DNA of 64,000 nt from the human T2T-CHM13v2.0 reference genome, Homo sapiens, in the NCBI RefSeq assembly GCF_009914755.1, contig NC_060928.1. One strand, 5' to 3'. Every line of letters starts with the position of its first letter. The first letter of the stretch is position 1. Shown piece by piece: positions 15,555 to 28,027 of the stretch. The notes below the pieces were generated by a model. It saw only the letters and a program-made list of their open reading frames with translations. It searched no databases and was not told where the DNA came from. A program made the translations under genes and the position numbers.

Positions 15555-15933
15555 AACATTTATATAACATAATATAAATACATTAATAGAGAGAAAGAGA
15601 TTTTAAGAAATTGGCTTATATCATTGTGAAGTCGGGCAAGCCCCAAATCTGCTGGACAGGCCAGCAGCCTGGAGACCCAGGGAAGAGTTGATGTTGCAGC
15701 TGGAGTCCAAAGGCAGTCTCTGGCAGAATTCTCTTTTACTTCTGGGACCTTGGTCTTTCTCTTAAGGCCTTCAACTGATTGGATGAGGCCCACCACATTA
15801 TGAAGGGTAACATGCTTTACACCGAGTCTCCTGACTTAAAATCTAAAAAATACCTTCACATCACAACTAGATGTGTTTGACCAAATATCTGGATACCATG
15901 CCTGGGCGAATTGCCACTTAAAATTAATCATCA
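15528..15933. mobile_element. MLT2-like (ERVL) LTR
   Basis: tagtaagggtctccagagaaac.. gaaattggctta.. ggagacccagggaagagttgatgttgcagc.. aaaattaatcatcac. Confidence 0.7.
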
Positions 15934-16970
15934 CGTACATGTTTTAAGGTTTTGTTACACAAGACCTCACTTCCAAGTATCACTTTCTGTTTTGGTCATC
16001 AGTTGCTGCATAATAAACAACCACCCTAAAATTTAGTGACTTAAAACAACAATCATTTATTGTCTGCCATGGTTCTGTGGTTTGACTGGGATCAGCTGAG
16101 TGGCCTGTTTCACTTGGTGTCAGCTGGGGGTGTAGGCATCTGCAACATTGTCTTGGCAGGAACATCCAAGATGTCCCACTTAACACGATGGCTCCTGGGC
16201 TCAGCTGGGCTGGTCAGGCCTCCCTTCCTCTCTGTGTTGCCACACGGCCTCTCTCTATCCATGTGGCCTCTCCATATGGTCTCTCCCTGGTGGAGGTGAA
16301 TTTCTTCAAGGTTTCTAAACTCTCAAAAGTGGAGCCTGGCAAGCCCACTCAAAGCTTCAGATCCACAACTGGCACAGCTTCCCTTCCACAGATTCTATAG
16401 GTTAAAACAATCACCGGACCAGCCCAGATTCAAAAGAAGGAGAAACAAACTCCACCCCTCCATGGAGGAAGTAGCAAAAATAATGTAGACAGTTTTTACC
16501 CTTTACATCTGGATTTGTTAGCTTTTCTGTTTTCATTTTCTTCTGGTCTTTCTTTTGTCCTTCTCTTACACTTATTTTATTACCTTTTATCAATTAGCTT
16601 TTAAGATGATAAAAATCTAATACATGCCTCCTGGAATGTCTTCTTGAGCCTAGGGACTTTTGTTTAATGATATATCTTGAGGACCTAGAATAGTGCCTGA
16701 AATACAATAGTCATTAAATATTTAGCTGAATTAAATGAATGGTATATAAGCCAGGGTATTAAAAATAACATAAACAAAGTTGTAATAAATATACTTCCCC
16801 AGTGAACGACCTAATACCATTACTCCCCAAACCCTCAATTTCTGTCTTGAGCATAGAAACTGTTAATTTTTCCTTTGTGTAGTAGGTCCTTAGTATTTCT
16901 TTAGAGGTTGTAGCACTTTATCTTCCTCACTGTTCCTTTTCCTTGGTTGTCCTTTTCCAAACATCTCTCA

Positions 16971-17091
16971 ACAATTTCTCCCAAGTCCATCTTGCCTGCA
17001 CTAACAGTCTCCTTTAGAACTCCCCTCTCCTGCCTGTCACACAGTCTTAGTAATAGTGCCACAGTATAGTAGTAAGGGTCTCCAGAGAAAC
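16971..17091 (+). repeat. 121-bp direct repeat, copy B
   Basis: See copy A. Confidence 0.92.
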
Positions 17092-18930
17092 TCACTTTCT
17101 GCAAGTTTTTTAGTGTGGGTAGGTGAGTATTGAAGCTTGTTCTTGGCGTTACCAGGTTGGTTCTTTGAGTTGAACCAGGGGCATTACATGCGGAATATTC
17201 CTGAACAGATCACCTCTGGTTCTGCTGTCTCAAGGGCCACACACAAGAGCTGCCTTCTGACCAAGATGTCTCTGGGCACATGAGACCTGAAATACACATG
17301 GCCAAGACTCAACAAAGCGTTTGCTGACTGTCAGAGCTGACAGCATCTCGGTACTGTGGGAGGGAGCCCAGTGTCTGGTGATAGTCAGGACGGACCCAGG
17401 TGATGTCAGGGGTGGGGTGGGGCCTGCAGGAGGGAATGGAGAGCCAGCACCTAGGGGAAGCTGGGAATTTAGGAAGATATCCAGAGAGTGTAACTTCAGT
17501 TCCACTAATCTCACCTGGGTGAAAACCAGCCCTCTCCATGGATGATGGTGATTGCAGGTACTGACGATAGCTGCAGACTGCTGGTGGTCTAGGCAAGCAT
17601 GCAGGGATGGGAGCAGGCATTTCTGAGAGCTCCCCTTATCCCTGCCCCAAGACAAGGTGGGGGCCCTGTGGGGAAGGACTATTTTATTCACTTCTGCATC
17701 TCCAGTTGTCTAACACATTGCTTATCACCTAATAGTCTCTTAATAGAAGCTTGCTATATTGAGCTGCCTTGAGTCCACATCATGCTGGTTGAACATAAGT
17801 AGAAATTGTGGGAGACTTAATCAGAGAAAATCTTTCATCTGTCTTACCTTACGTTCTAATGATCACTTCTGTGCCCACAAGGACCATCTTTTCTGATTCA
17901 TGTTCATGTCGATTTCTTTTTTATTTAACTTCCTCTTCAAAATTTCTGGCAGGATTTCTTGGGAGCCAATTCTCCATTTTTACTTCCCCATGCCTCCCAT
18001 TTTAATGACTGTAGGATTTTCTCAGGGTCTACTCAGCAAAACTTGTTAGTACAACATGAGCAAAACAGCAAATTTATGCAAACACTTAGCAAAGACTTAG
18101 CTGTCTGCCTAATGCTAGGGTGAGACATGGGAGATTCACAAATGAAGAAACACAAGCATTGATCTCCAGGATCCTGCAGTGGGAGGTATGCGGAGGACCA
18201 ACCTGGGAACAGAGCAACGCAACACCATGTGATCTGTAATGAAAAAGAGGCCTGTACACAGCCAAGAGGTCACTGAGGAAGGAGCCATTGCTTCTGTGCA
18301 GTTAGTGCTGCGCTAGATTCTGCAGGGATGTAAGAAATGTACCCCTATCAAACAAGAAAGACTATGTGAATTGCTGAATATGTGAGTGGAGTACCAGCAC
18401 AATGCCATGGAGATGCAGACGTGCCCCATGTGGTGGGGCAGAGTCAGGAAGCACTTTAAGAAAGAAATAGCATTTCAGGTCTTCCTTTAAAGGTAGAATT
18501 TCAACAAGAGGGTGCTCTGGAGAGTGTGTGTTACCCTGCTGAGAAAATCCTGGCGGTCAGGTAAGATGCTACTGCCAGGGAAGATTGGCCAATTGATTGA
18601 CTAAACCCTTAAAGGTTTGGGGATCTTGGGGAGGATTCTGCTGGTGAGAGGGTCTGGACTTCCTCTTGGTCTGTCCACACCTGGACCTTCTCAGCACACA
18701 AGAGACTATGAGGGTGACCATTTTGCACAGGACAGAATTCCAGCATGTTTTTCCCCTGGAGTGATGGAATGACCACCTGCTCAACATCAGTGTCCTCACT
18801 GAGACCATGAGATTCAGTAGAGTGCTGGAAAGCTTCATGCTTACCTGTGTCTTCTCAATGCTTAGTGTTATGATTGAAGGCTTCCTTCAGTCCTACCTTT
18901 TGTTCTGGGGTTCTAAGAATCTTAGGTGCA

Positions 18931-19326
<396 letters not shown>

Positions 19327-19930
19327 CTATAGGTCTCAGTTACCTGTGGAAGGAAGGGTAGAGTGGAGTACTTACGCAAATTAGCTAATTCTGGGAGCTT
19401 GGGGTGCTACCAGGGTATCAGGGAGAATACAGCCAGGGAATAGAATCTTCTTGAAGCAAAGGCTGTTTGGAAGCCCCCAGAGTGGATGAAAAGGCTCAGT
19501 GGGAAACAACAGATATCAGGAGAGGGAGAAGAAGATACCTATTTCTATACCTTTTGGCCTTGTGTTTTGCTTCAGACACTGTTCCCAGCAAGGTCAGTGG
19601 AACCCACTGCTCAAGACACACACTTGCTCCTTGTTCTGGTGTCATAATAGCTCTGCAAGCAGTGGTGGTGTTCAGCCTGGAGAACGTTCCTTTTCTTTCT
19701 TTTTTTTTTTTTATCACAATAAACACTCATGGCTTCTCTGCTTCTTCCTTTCCTCTTTGTCTTAGGACTCTTGAAAAACAGCTGCCAAATGTCAGTTTAG
19801 ATATTTTGGAGGGAAAAAAGTTGGGAATCAATGTTTACAGGTTGCCTGCAATGTGCTGGAAACTACATAGTTGGTTCTTTTTAAACTTTCTCTGAATCCT
19901 GTCAGGAAAGTCCCAGCAATCACATCTTAG

Positions 19931-21423
19931 TGGGTCCGGAATTCGTGGGTTCTTGGTCTCACTAACTTCAAGAATGAAGCCGTGGACCCTCGTGGTGAGT
20001 GTTACAGTTCTTAAAGGTGGTGTGTCCAGAGTTTGTTCCTTCTGGTGTTGGACATGTTCGGAGTTTCTTCCTTCTGGTGGGCTCGTGGTCTCGCTGGCTT
20101 CAGGAGTGAAGCTGCAGACCTTCACGGTGAGTGTTACAGCTCTTAAGGCAGCGCGTCTGGAGTTGTTCGTTCCTCCCATCTGGAGTTGTTCGTTCCTCCT
20201 GGTGGGTTCATGGTCTCACTGTCCTCAGGAGTTAAGCTGCAGACTTTCGCGGTGAGTGTTACAGCTCATAAAAGCACTGTGGACCCAAAGAGTGAGCAGC
20301 AGCAAGATTTATTGCAAAGAGCAAAAGAACAAAGCTACCCCAGTGTAGAAGTGTAGAACGGGACGCCAATGGGTTGCCAGTGTTGGCTCCCCCCAGCCTG
20401 CTTTTATTCCCTTATCTGGCCCCACCCACATCCTGCTGATTGGTTCATTTTACAGAGGGCTGATTGGTCTGTTTTACAGAGAGCTGATTGGTCCGTTTTG
20501 ACAGGGTGCTGATTGGTGCATTTACAAACCTTGAGCTAGACACAAAGTGCTGATTGGTGTGTTTACAAACCTTGAGCTAGACATAGAGTGCTGATTGGTG
20601 TATTTACAATCCCTTAGCTAGACATAAAGATTCTCTAAGTCCCTAGTAGATTAGCTAGACACAGAGCACTGATTGGTGCATTTACAAACCTTGAGCTAGA
20701 CACAGGGTGCTGATTGGTGCGTTTACAAACCTTGAGCCAGACACAGAGTGCTGATTGGTGTATTTACAATCCCTTAGCTAGACATAAATGTTCTCCAAGT
20801 CCCCACTAGACTCAGAAGCCCAGCTGGCTTCACCTAGCCGATTGTGCACCAAGTCAGCAGGCGGAGCTGCCTGCCAGTCACCTGCTATGCACCCGCACTC
20901 CTCAGCCCTTGGACGGTGGATGGGACGCCAGGGAGCAGGGCGTGGTGCTCGTCGGGGAGGCTCCAGCGGCACAGGAGCCCACGGCAGGGAGGGTGGGGGG
21001 AGGCTCAGGTATGGTGGGCTATAGGTCCCAAGCCCTGCCCCGCGGGGAGGCAGCTGAGGCCCAGCAAGAATTGGAGCGCAGCGCCAGTGGGCCAGCACTG
21101 CTGGGGGACTTGGCACACCCTCCACAGCTGCTGGCCTGGGTGCTAAACCCTTCACTGTCCGGGGCCTGCTGCGCTCGCCGGCCGCTCAGAGTGCGGCCTG
21201 GGGAGCCCACGCCCACCTGGAACTCGCGCTGGCCCACGAGCGCCTCTCTCTCTACACATCCGCGCAAGCAGAGGGAGCCGACTCCGGCCTGGGCCAGCCC
21301 AGAGAGGGTCTCCCACAGTGCAGCTGTGGGCTGAAGGGCTCCTCAAGCACGGCCAGAGTGGGCGCGCAGAGGCCGGGGGGCACTGAGAGCGAGCGAGGGC
21401 CACCAGCACGTTGTCTCCTCTCA
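19931..21423 (-). mobile_element. LTR12C-type (ERV9) solo LTR, antisense to CD38
   Basis: Minus strand starts TGAGAGGAGACAACGTGCTGG and ends ..GAATTCCGGACCCA; GC-rich U3, tandem CCAAT repeats, U5 repeats (gtgagtgttacag); 4-bp TSD ttag/ctag. Confidence 0.92.
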
Positions 21424-21844
21424 CTAGGGTTGGGGAAATGGACCCTGAGAGAGATTAAGTAATTTGGTGATATTCTATAGTCACTCTGGCTATGTAATTT
21501 ATGGAGCCTAGTACAGAATGAAAATGTGGGGCTCATTTTTCAAAAAGCAGGAAACAGCTTTTCCTTTCTTCCAGGGTCTCTTCCTCCACCTGCCATGGTG
21601 GTGTTTGGTTGCTATTTAATGTTGAGCCCTCTTGGGCACAGGGATACTTGCAGGGACAGGGTGTCTGCTCATTTTTCTGTAGACCTCAAAGGTGAGTCCT
21701 GAGGCTTCAGGGTCACTGGCCTCCTTTTAGGGAGTCACGACGCCTTGTCTTTGTACTTCAGGAATGATTACGAATCTTTGTAGGTAAAGCGGCAGAATGC
21801 CACGTCCTCTCCTGGTTGCCAGGACGTGTTCCTTGTGGTTTAAT

Positions 21845-22285
21845 TGCCGGGTCTGTCCTGCAGACCCTGGCTGAGCGACAGATGAAAGGAGTACTCAGAC
21901 ACAGGTACGCAGTGAAAGAGCGGCTAGGGGACTGCCGAAGAGTCAGCAGTCTCGATAAACTGGAGCTGCTCACTTTTATTCAGTACAGACATAATGCCGA
22001 AAGCCTGGAGCCAACGCAATCTGTGGGTAATTAACATTGTTGTTCCGCCGTGCAGGGAGCAGTCTCGCCAGAGGATGATGAAAGGTTGGTTTCCGGAAGT
22101 AAACAAGCTTATTTAGACAAACTCCCCTACATTCCCTTGTACCCACTCCTCGCCCTCTGCGTCAGGGTAAGAGAACAGCTGCCTTCAGCTTATTCTCCCC
22201 CGAAGCTTTGCAGAGCCTTCTGACCTTTCAAAAGGTCTTCTTCTTTCCCTATCGGTTCTCCCACTACTCTGACTGATCTCCTATA
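21845..22285 (-). mobile_element. ERVK-class solo LTR (LTR3/HML-6-like)
   Basis: 441 bp; minus strand begins TATAGGAGATCAGTCAGAGTAGTGGGAGAA; 6-bp TSD tttaat/tttgat, typical of ERVK. Confidence 0.7.
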
Positions 22286-22951
22286 TTTGATCTCACCTTA
22301 ACAATCACTTCTTAGAGCTGGGTCAGGAAGTATGCAGCATGCACCTGGCACTCCTAGTACTGTGCCCATGATGGGCATTGCTGATTGTTCAGAGCATATT
22401 GGATGAGCCTGGTTCAGCCTCAGAATCTTCCACCCAGTGCACCATGGAGATGCTACCAATTGGTTGGAGTTGCTCTGAGAGGTGACATTTCCTTGTGATT
22501 CTGCATTAGAAACATGTTGTTTGTCAGCCGAAACAGGGAAACCTGACACGTTATCCGCCCCCAGGAAGATCCCATCATCATTCCATGCACCTTCAGTCCT
22601 GGGAGCTTACTTTAAAAAAAAGTGACTGACATATGAGCGCAGGTCCCCAAACAGAGGGGAGGCAGGATGAGAAGCCAGATGAAGAGAGTCAAGGTCCTGG
22701 GGCTGCTTAGCTTGGATGAATCTGATGGGAGGTGGGGTGCATCTGAGTGTTCTCTGCTGATGAAGAACAGACTTGTTGCACGGGGGTAGGTGTGTGCTGT
22801 GTAAACACACATCAGAATCAGGACCCCGAATAGTGAATAGGCAAGAGTAACAGCTGAATTTGCCCAGCTCATCACAATTTAACATCAGTTTTCAAAAAGG
22901 TAAGAGCGTGGCTTTCATAGCATGCAGAATCAACACACATCAAAGATTGAT

Positions 22952-23084
22952 TTACTCATTTATGAAGGAATCAGCAAAATGACAAACTTAGTTCAGAGAA
23001 TATTTTGAGGCTCTGAGTAGATATAAAACTGGTTAATGTTTCTCAGGGCAATAAAAAGCTATAAACGTTGGGGATTTCTTTTTT
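22952..23084 (+). repeat. ~132-bp direct repeat, copy A (partner 23536-23666)
   Basis: About 14 mismatches plus a 2-bp gap. Confidence 0.9.
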
Positions 23085-23535
23085 ATCAGACAGAAATTAT
23101 TTGCATACTTAACAGAAAAGATCTCCAAGTTACCATCTAACTTCATAAGGTTAGAATAAAACTTCATAGAGTTATTAATGAATAGTAAATAGAAAAGACA
23201 AATATATGTTTTACCAGATAATTAAATAATTCTTGGTAAACCTGGCAAACAGTACCCCAGTGTGACTCTGAAAAGACATGCTGCCCATCTTTTTGCCTTA
23301 TTTCCACGTTTTGGGTATTTTTGTAAGATATCTATTCAATAAATATGTATTGAGCTCCTATGATGTCCCAGAAACTCTTTTAGATCCTGGAGATATAGCA
23401 GTAAACAAAACAGATGAAATTCTTGCTCACATGGAACTTATATTCTAGTAGGGGAGACAGACATTGAAACAGAAAAATACATAGTATGGCAGATGGTGGA
23501 AAGTATTAAAAAGAGTGCTGTGTAGTGTTTACAAC

Positions 23536-23666
23536 TTACTCATTTATGAAGGAATCAGCAAGATGATAAACTCAGTTCAAAGAACATCTTGAGGCACCGA
23601 GTACATTTAAAAGTGGTTAGTTTCTCAGGGCGATAAAAAGCCATAAACTTTGGGGATTTCTTTTTT
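23536..23666 (+). repeat. ~132-bp direct repeat, copy B
   Basis: See copy A. Confidence 0.9.
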
Positions 23667-23693
23667 AGGTATGGAAACCTAAAGTAAAGAAGA

Positions 23694-24132
23694 TGCTATG
23701 GTTTGCACATTTGTCCCCTCCAAAACTCATGTTTGAAATGTAATCCCAGAAGTGGCAGGATGAGAGATTGGCCCTTTAGGAGGTGACTGGGTCATGAGAG
23801 ATCTGCCCTCATGAATGGATTAATCCATTCATGGATTACTGATTAATACGCTAATGGGTTAATGGATCAATGGGTTATCCTTGGAATGAAATGGCAGGCT
23901 TTACAAGGAGAGGAAAAGGGACTTGAGCTAGCATGCTCACCCTCCTCACCGTGTGATGCCCTGTCCTGCCTCAGGACTCTGCGGAGTTCTGGTAAGCAAG
24001 AATGCTGTCACCAGATGTGTCCCCTAAACCTTGGACTTTTTGGCCTCCATAACTTTAAGGAATAAATTCATTTTTAAAATAAATTACCCAGCTTCAGGTA
24101 TTCTGCTATAAGCAACAGAAAATGACTAAAAC
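23694..24132 (+). mobile_element. MaLR LTR (MST-like)
   Basis: tgctatggtttg..cccctccaaaactcatgtt.. ending gcaacagaaaatgactaaaac. Confidence 0.78.
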
Positions 24133-24265
24133 AGGAGGCTTTACTGGAAGGTGTCCTCTTAGCAAAGACCTAAAGAAAGAGGGAGAGTGAAACATAGAAA
24201 TATCTGGGGAGAACATCCTAGGTAAAAGGAACAGCATGTGCAAAGGCCTTGAAAAGCAGCAAGCC

Positions 24266-26091
24266 GCTCTCCCTCTCCCTCTCCCTCTCCCCCTCCCTCT
24301 CCCTCTCTCTCCACGGTCTCCTTCCACGGTCTCCCTCTGATGCCGAGCCAAAGCTGGGCGGTACTGCTGCCATCTCGGCTCACTGCAACCTCCCTGCCTG
24401 ATTCTCCTGCCTCAGCCTGCCGAGTGCCTGCGCACGCCGCCACGCCTGACTGGTTTTCGTTTTTTTTTTTTGGTGGAGACGGGGTTTTGCTGTGTTGGCC
24501 GGGCTGGTCTCCAGCTCCTGACCGCGAGTGATCCGCCGGCCTCGGCCTCCCGAGGTGCCGGGATTGCGGACGGAGTCTCGTTCACTCGGTGCTCGGTGGT
24601 GCCCAGGCTGGAGTGCAGTGGCGTGATCTCGGCTCGCTACAACCTCCACCTCCCAGCCGCCTGCCTTGGCCCCGCAAAGTGCCGAGATTGCAGCCTCTGC
24701 CCGGCCGCCACCCCGTCTGGGAAGTGAGGAGCGTCTCTGCCTGGCCCCCCATCGTCTGGGATATGAGGAGCCTCTCTGCCTGGCTGCCCAGTCTGGAGGG
24801 TGAGGAGCGTCTCTGCCCGGCCGCCATCCCATCTAGGAGGCGAGGAGCGCCTCTTCCCCGCCGCCATCCCATCTAGGAAGTGAGGAGCGTCTCTGCCCGG
24901 CCGCCCATCGTCTGAGATGTGGGGAGCGCCTCTGCCCCGCCGCCCTGTCTGGGATGTGAGGAGCGCCTCTGCTGGGCCGCAACCCTGTCTGGGAGGTGAG
25001 GAGCGTCTCTGCCCGGCCGCCCCGTCTGAGAGGTGAGGAGACCCTCTGCCTGGCAACCGCCCCGTCTGAGAAGTGAGGAGCCCCTCCGTCCGGCGGCCAC
25101 CCCGTCTGGGAAGTGAGGAGCGTCTCCGCCCGGCAGCCACCCCGTCCGGGAGGGAGGTGGGGGGGGGTCAGCCCCCCGCCCGGCCAGCTGCCCCGTCCGG
25201 GAGGTGAGGGGCTCCTCTGCCCGGCCGCCCCTACTGGGAAGTGAGGAGCCCCTCTGCCCGGCCAGCCGCCCCGTCCGGGAGGGAGGTGGGGGGGTCAGCC
25301 CCCCGCCCGGCCAGCCGCCCTATCCAGGAGGTGAGGGGCGCCTCTGCCCGGCCGCCCCTACTGGGAAGTGAGGAGCCCCTCTGCCTGGCCAGCCGCCCCA
25401 TCCGGGAGGGTGGTGGGGGGGTTAGCCCCCCGCCCGGCCAGCCGCCCCATCCGGGAGGTGAGGGGCGCTTCTGCCCGGCCGCCCCTACTGGGAAGTGAGG
25501 AGCCCCTCTGCCCGGCCAGGACCCCGTCTGGGAGGTGTGCCCAGCGGCTCATTGGGGATGGGCCATGATGACAATGGCGGTTTTGTGGAATAGAAAGGCG
25601 GGAAGGGTGGGGAAAAAATTGAGAAATCGGATGGTTGCCGGGTCTGTGTGGATAGAAGTAGACATGGGAGACTTTTCATTTTGTTCTGTACTAAGAAAAA
25701 TTCTTCTGCCTTGGGATCCTGTTGATCTGTGACCTTATCCCCAATCCTGTGCTCTCTGAAACATGTGCTGTGTCCACTCAGGGTTAAATGGATTAAGGGC
25801 GGTGCAAGATGTGCTTTGTTAAACAGATGCTTGAAGGCAGCATGCTCGTTAAGAGTCATCACCACTCCCTAATCTCAAGTACCCAGGGACACAAACACTG
25901 CGGAAGGCCGCAGGGTCCTCTGCCTAGGAAAACCAGAGACCTTTGTTCACTTGTTTATCTGCTGACCTTCCCTCCACTATTGTCCTATGACCCTGCCAAA
26001 TCCCCCTCTGCGAGAAACACCCAAGAATGATCAATAAAAAAAAAATAAAAAAAAAAAAAAGAATGAATCAAGAAAAAAAAAAAAAAGAAAA
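24266..26091 (+). mobile_element. Full-length SVA retrotransposon (SVA_F-like), sense to CD38
   Basis: (CCCTCT)n hexamers, Alu-like domain, GC-rich VNTR, SINE-R, AATAAA and poly-A; perfect 15-bp TSD gaaaagcagcaagcc (24251-24265 / 26092-26106). Confidence 0.97.
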
Positions 26092-26709
26092 GAAAAGCAG
26101 CAAGCCAGCCAGTGTGTTTGGAATGTTCTCTTATGGAAAATTTCAAAGATATGTAAAACTAGGGCTAATAATACAATTAACCCCTACTTACCCATTACCC
26201 AACTTCAACAACTATCAACATTCTGCTGTTCTTATTTCATCTATTTACCCATTAAAAAAAAAGTGTACTTTAAAGCAAATTCCAGAGTTTGTATAATTTT
26301 GTCTGTAAATCTTTCAGTCTGTATCTCTAAATCTTTCAGTCTGTAACTCTAAAAAGAACATTAAAAAACACAACTATCATACCATCATCCTACCTGACAC
26401 AACTGAGTAATTTTTCATATCATCCAATATCGATCAGAAGTTTAATTTTCCATGATTTTCTTTAAAATGTAGTTTTATAATTGATTTGTTCTAATCAAGA
26501 TTTGCACATTGCATTAAAAATATATGTATCTTAAATTTCCTTTAATTTACAACCATTTCCCTCCCCCATTTAAGAGTGCATATTAATTTATTAAACAGAC
26601 TGGGCAATTCATCTTGTAGAATTTCCCACCTTCTGGGTTTGGCCAATTACATCCTTGTGGTGTTATTTAAAATCCTCCTCTATTCCCTTTATTATCTGTT
26701 GACTGACAG

Positions 26710-26834
26710 CTTGGCCAATCAGAATCACTTGAACGAGCTGATTACACCCCCTCTTTCTGAAACGTTTTCTTCCCTTGAGTCTGTACACACTGTTGGCTTC
26801 CAAATTTATATCTCCAACCCAGACCTCTCTCCAG
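26710..26834 (+). repeat. 125-bp inverted repeat, arm A (partner 28028-28152)
   Basis: About 10 mismatches in 125 bp against the reverse complement of arm B; also visible as near-identical peptides in ORFs 26576+ and 27972-. Confidence 0.92.
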
Positions 26835-27589
26835 TACTTCTGCTTGCTACTGTGTTTTTCATAACTTTCTGATTTTTTTAGTATCCAATGCTAGAAAATA
26901 TATCCATTTTGAGAAAGAGACAAAGTATGAGCTCATATTGATAATTTCATTTCAAAGTAAAGGGAACAAAGTTTTTATTTAACATGTTAATTTTATGCTT
27001 GTTTCTCTTTTACACTGAAAATCTTAGTTCTCAATGACATTAATATAATTATGTATTTACTTCCCATATATATGTTGTATATAATTGTTTTATATATACA
27101 TATGTGCATATATATTATTGCTAATGAAACGTCTACTGAATGATGTAAGTTTTCTCTGTGATTCTTTTGGTCCTTGGGACACAGGACTTATCCCACTAGT
27201 GATGTGTAGTCAAAATACTATGTACCAGTGTTTGATACCTTAATTAAAGGATCTCTCTGGCTGCTGCATTGAGAACAGATGGTAGCAGGACAAGGACATC
27301 AGCCTGGAAGCCATCTGGAAGCTCTTTAGTGATTCAGATAAGATTTGATTTTGGCTTGGATGGTGATGGATGATGTTGAGAAGTGGGTGGATTCTGGATA
27401 TGTTTTGAAAGTAGGTTCCATGTGATTTGCCATGGGCTAATATATGGAATGTGAGAGAAAAAGAAGAAACAACAATGCTTCCAAGATTTTGGGGCAGAGG
27501 TACTGAAAAAATGAATTTCCATTTATCAGAAAGAGAAAGACTGTGGTAAAGCAAGTTGGGAAGGAAACAGCAGCTCAGTTTTCCACATT

Positions 27590-27977
27590 CAGTAACCCTC
27601 CCTTATCTAGGGTTTCACTTTCTGCAGTTTCACTTATCCATGGCCAGCCACAGTCTGAAAATATTAAATGGAATATTCCAGAATTAAACAACTCGTAAGT
27701 TTTAAATTGAGCACTCTTCTGAGTAGCGTGATGAAATCTCATGATGTCCTGCTGTCTTCTGCCCTGGATGTGAATCATCCCTTTGTCCAGCATATCCATG
27801 CTGCATGTTGTACCTGCCTGTTACTTGCCTAAGCAAGTGGATGGCTACTTGCTTAGTGTCCATCTCAGTTATCAGATTGAAAAAGCAGTACATATACATA
27901 GGGTTTAGTACTATCTGCAGTTTCAGGCATCACTGAGGGGGTTGGAACATAACCCTGGCAGATAAGGGAGACTACTG
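27590..27977. mobile_element. MER44-like (Tigger family) DNA transposon
   Basis: Terminal inverted repeats cagtaaccctcccttatct.. / ..agataagggagactactg. Confidence 0.75.
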
Positions 27978-28027
27978 TTTTAGTGGAGATGTTGACCAGA
28001 AGACTGGTTCATATGAATATGGGGGTC

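Noticed and set aside
20438-20790. CRISPR-like spaced repeats
   Set aside because: These are the ~41-bp tandem enhancer units of LTR12; there are no unique spacers or cas genes, and the DNA is human.
20778-21536. ORF cluster up to 141 aa
   Set aside because: Falls in the GC-rich U3 of LTR12C.
24340-26030. Many long GC-rich ORFs on both strands
   Set aside because: By-products of the stop-poor SVA VNTR.
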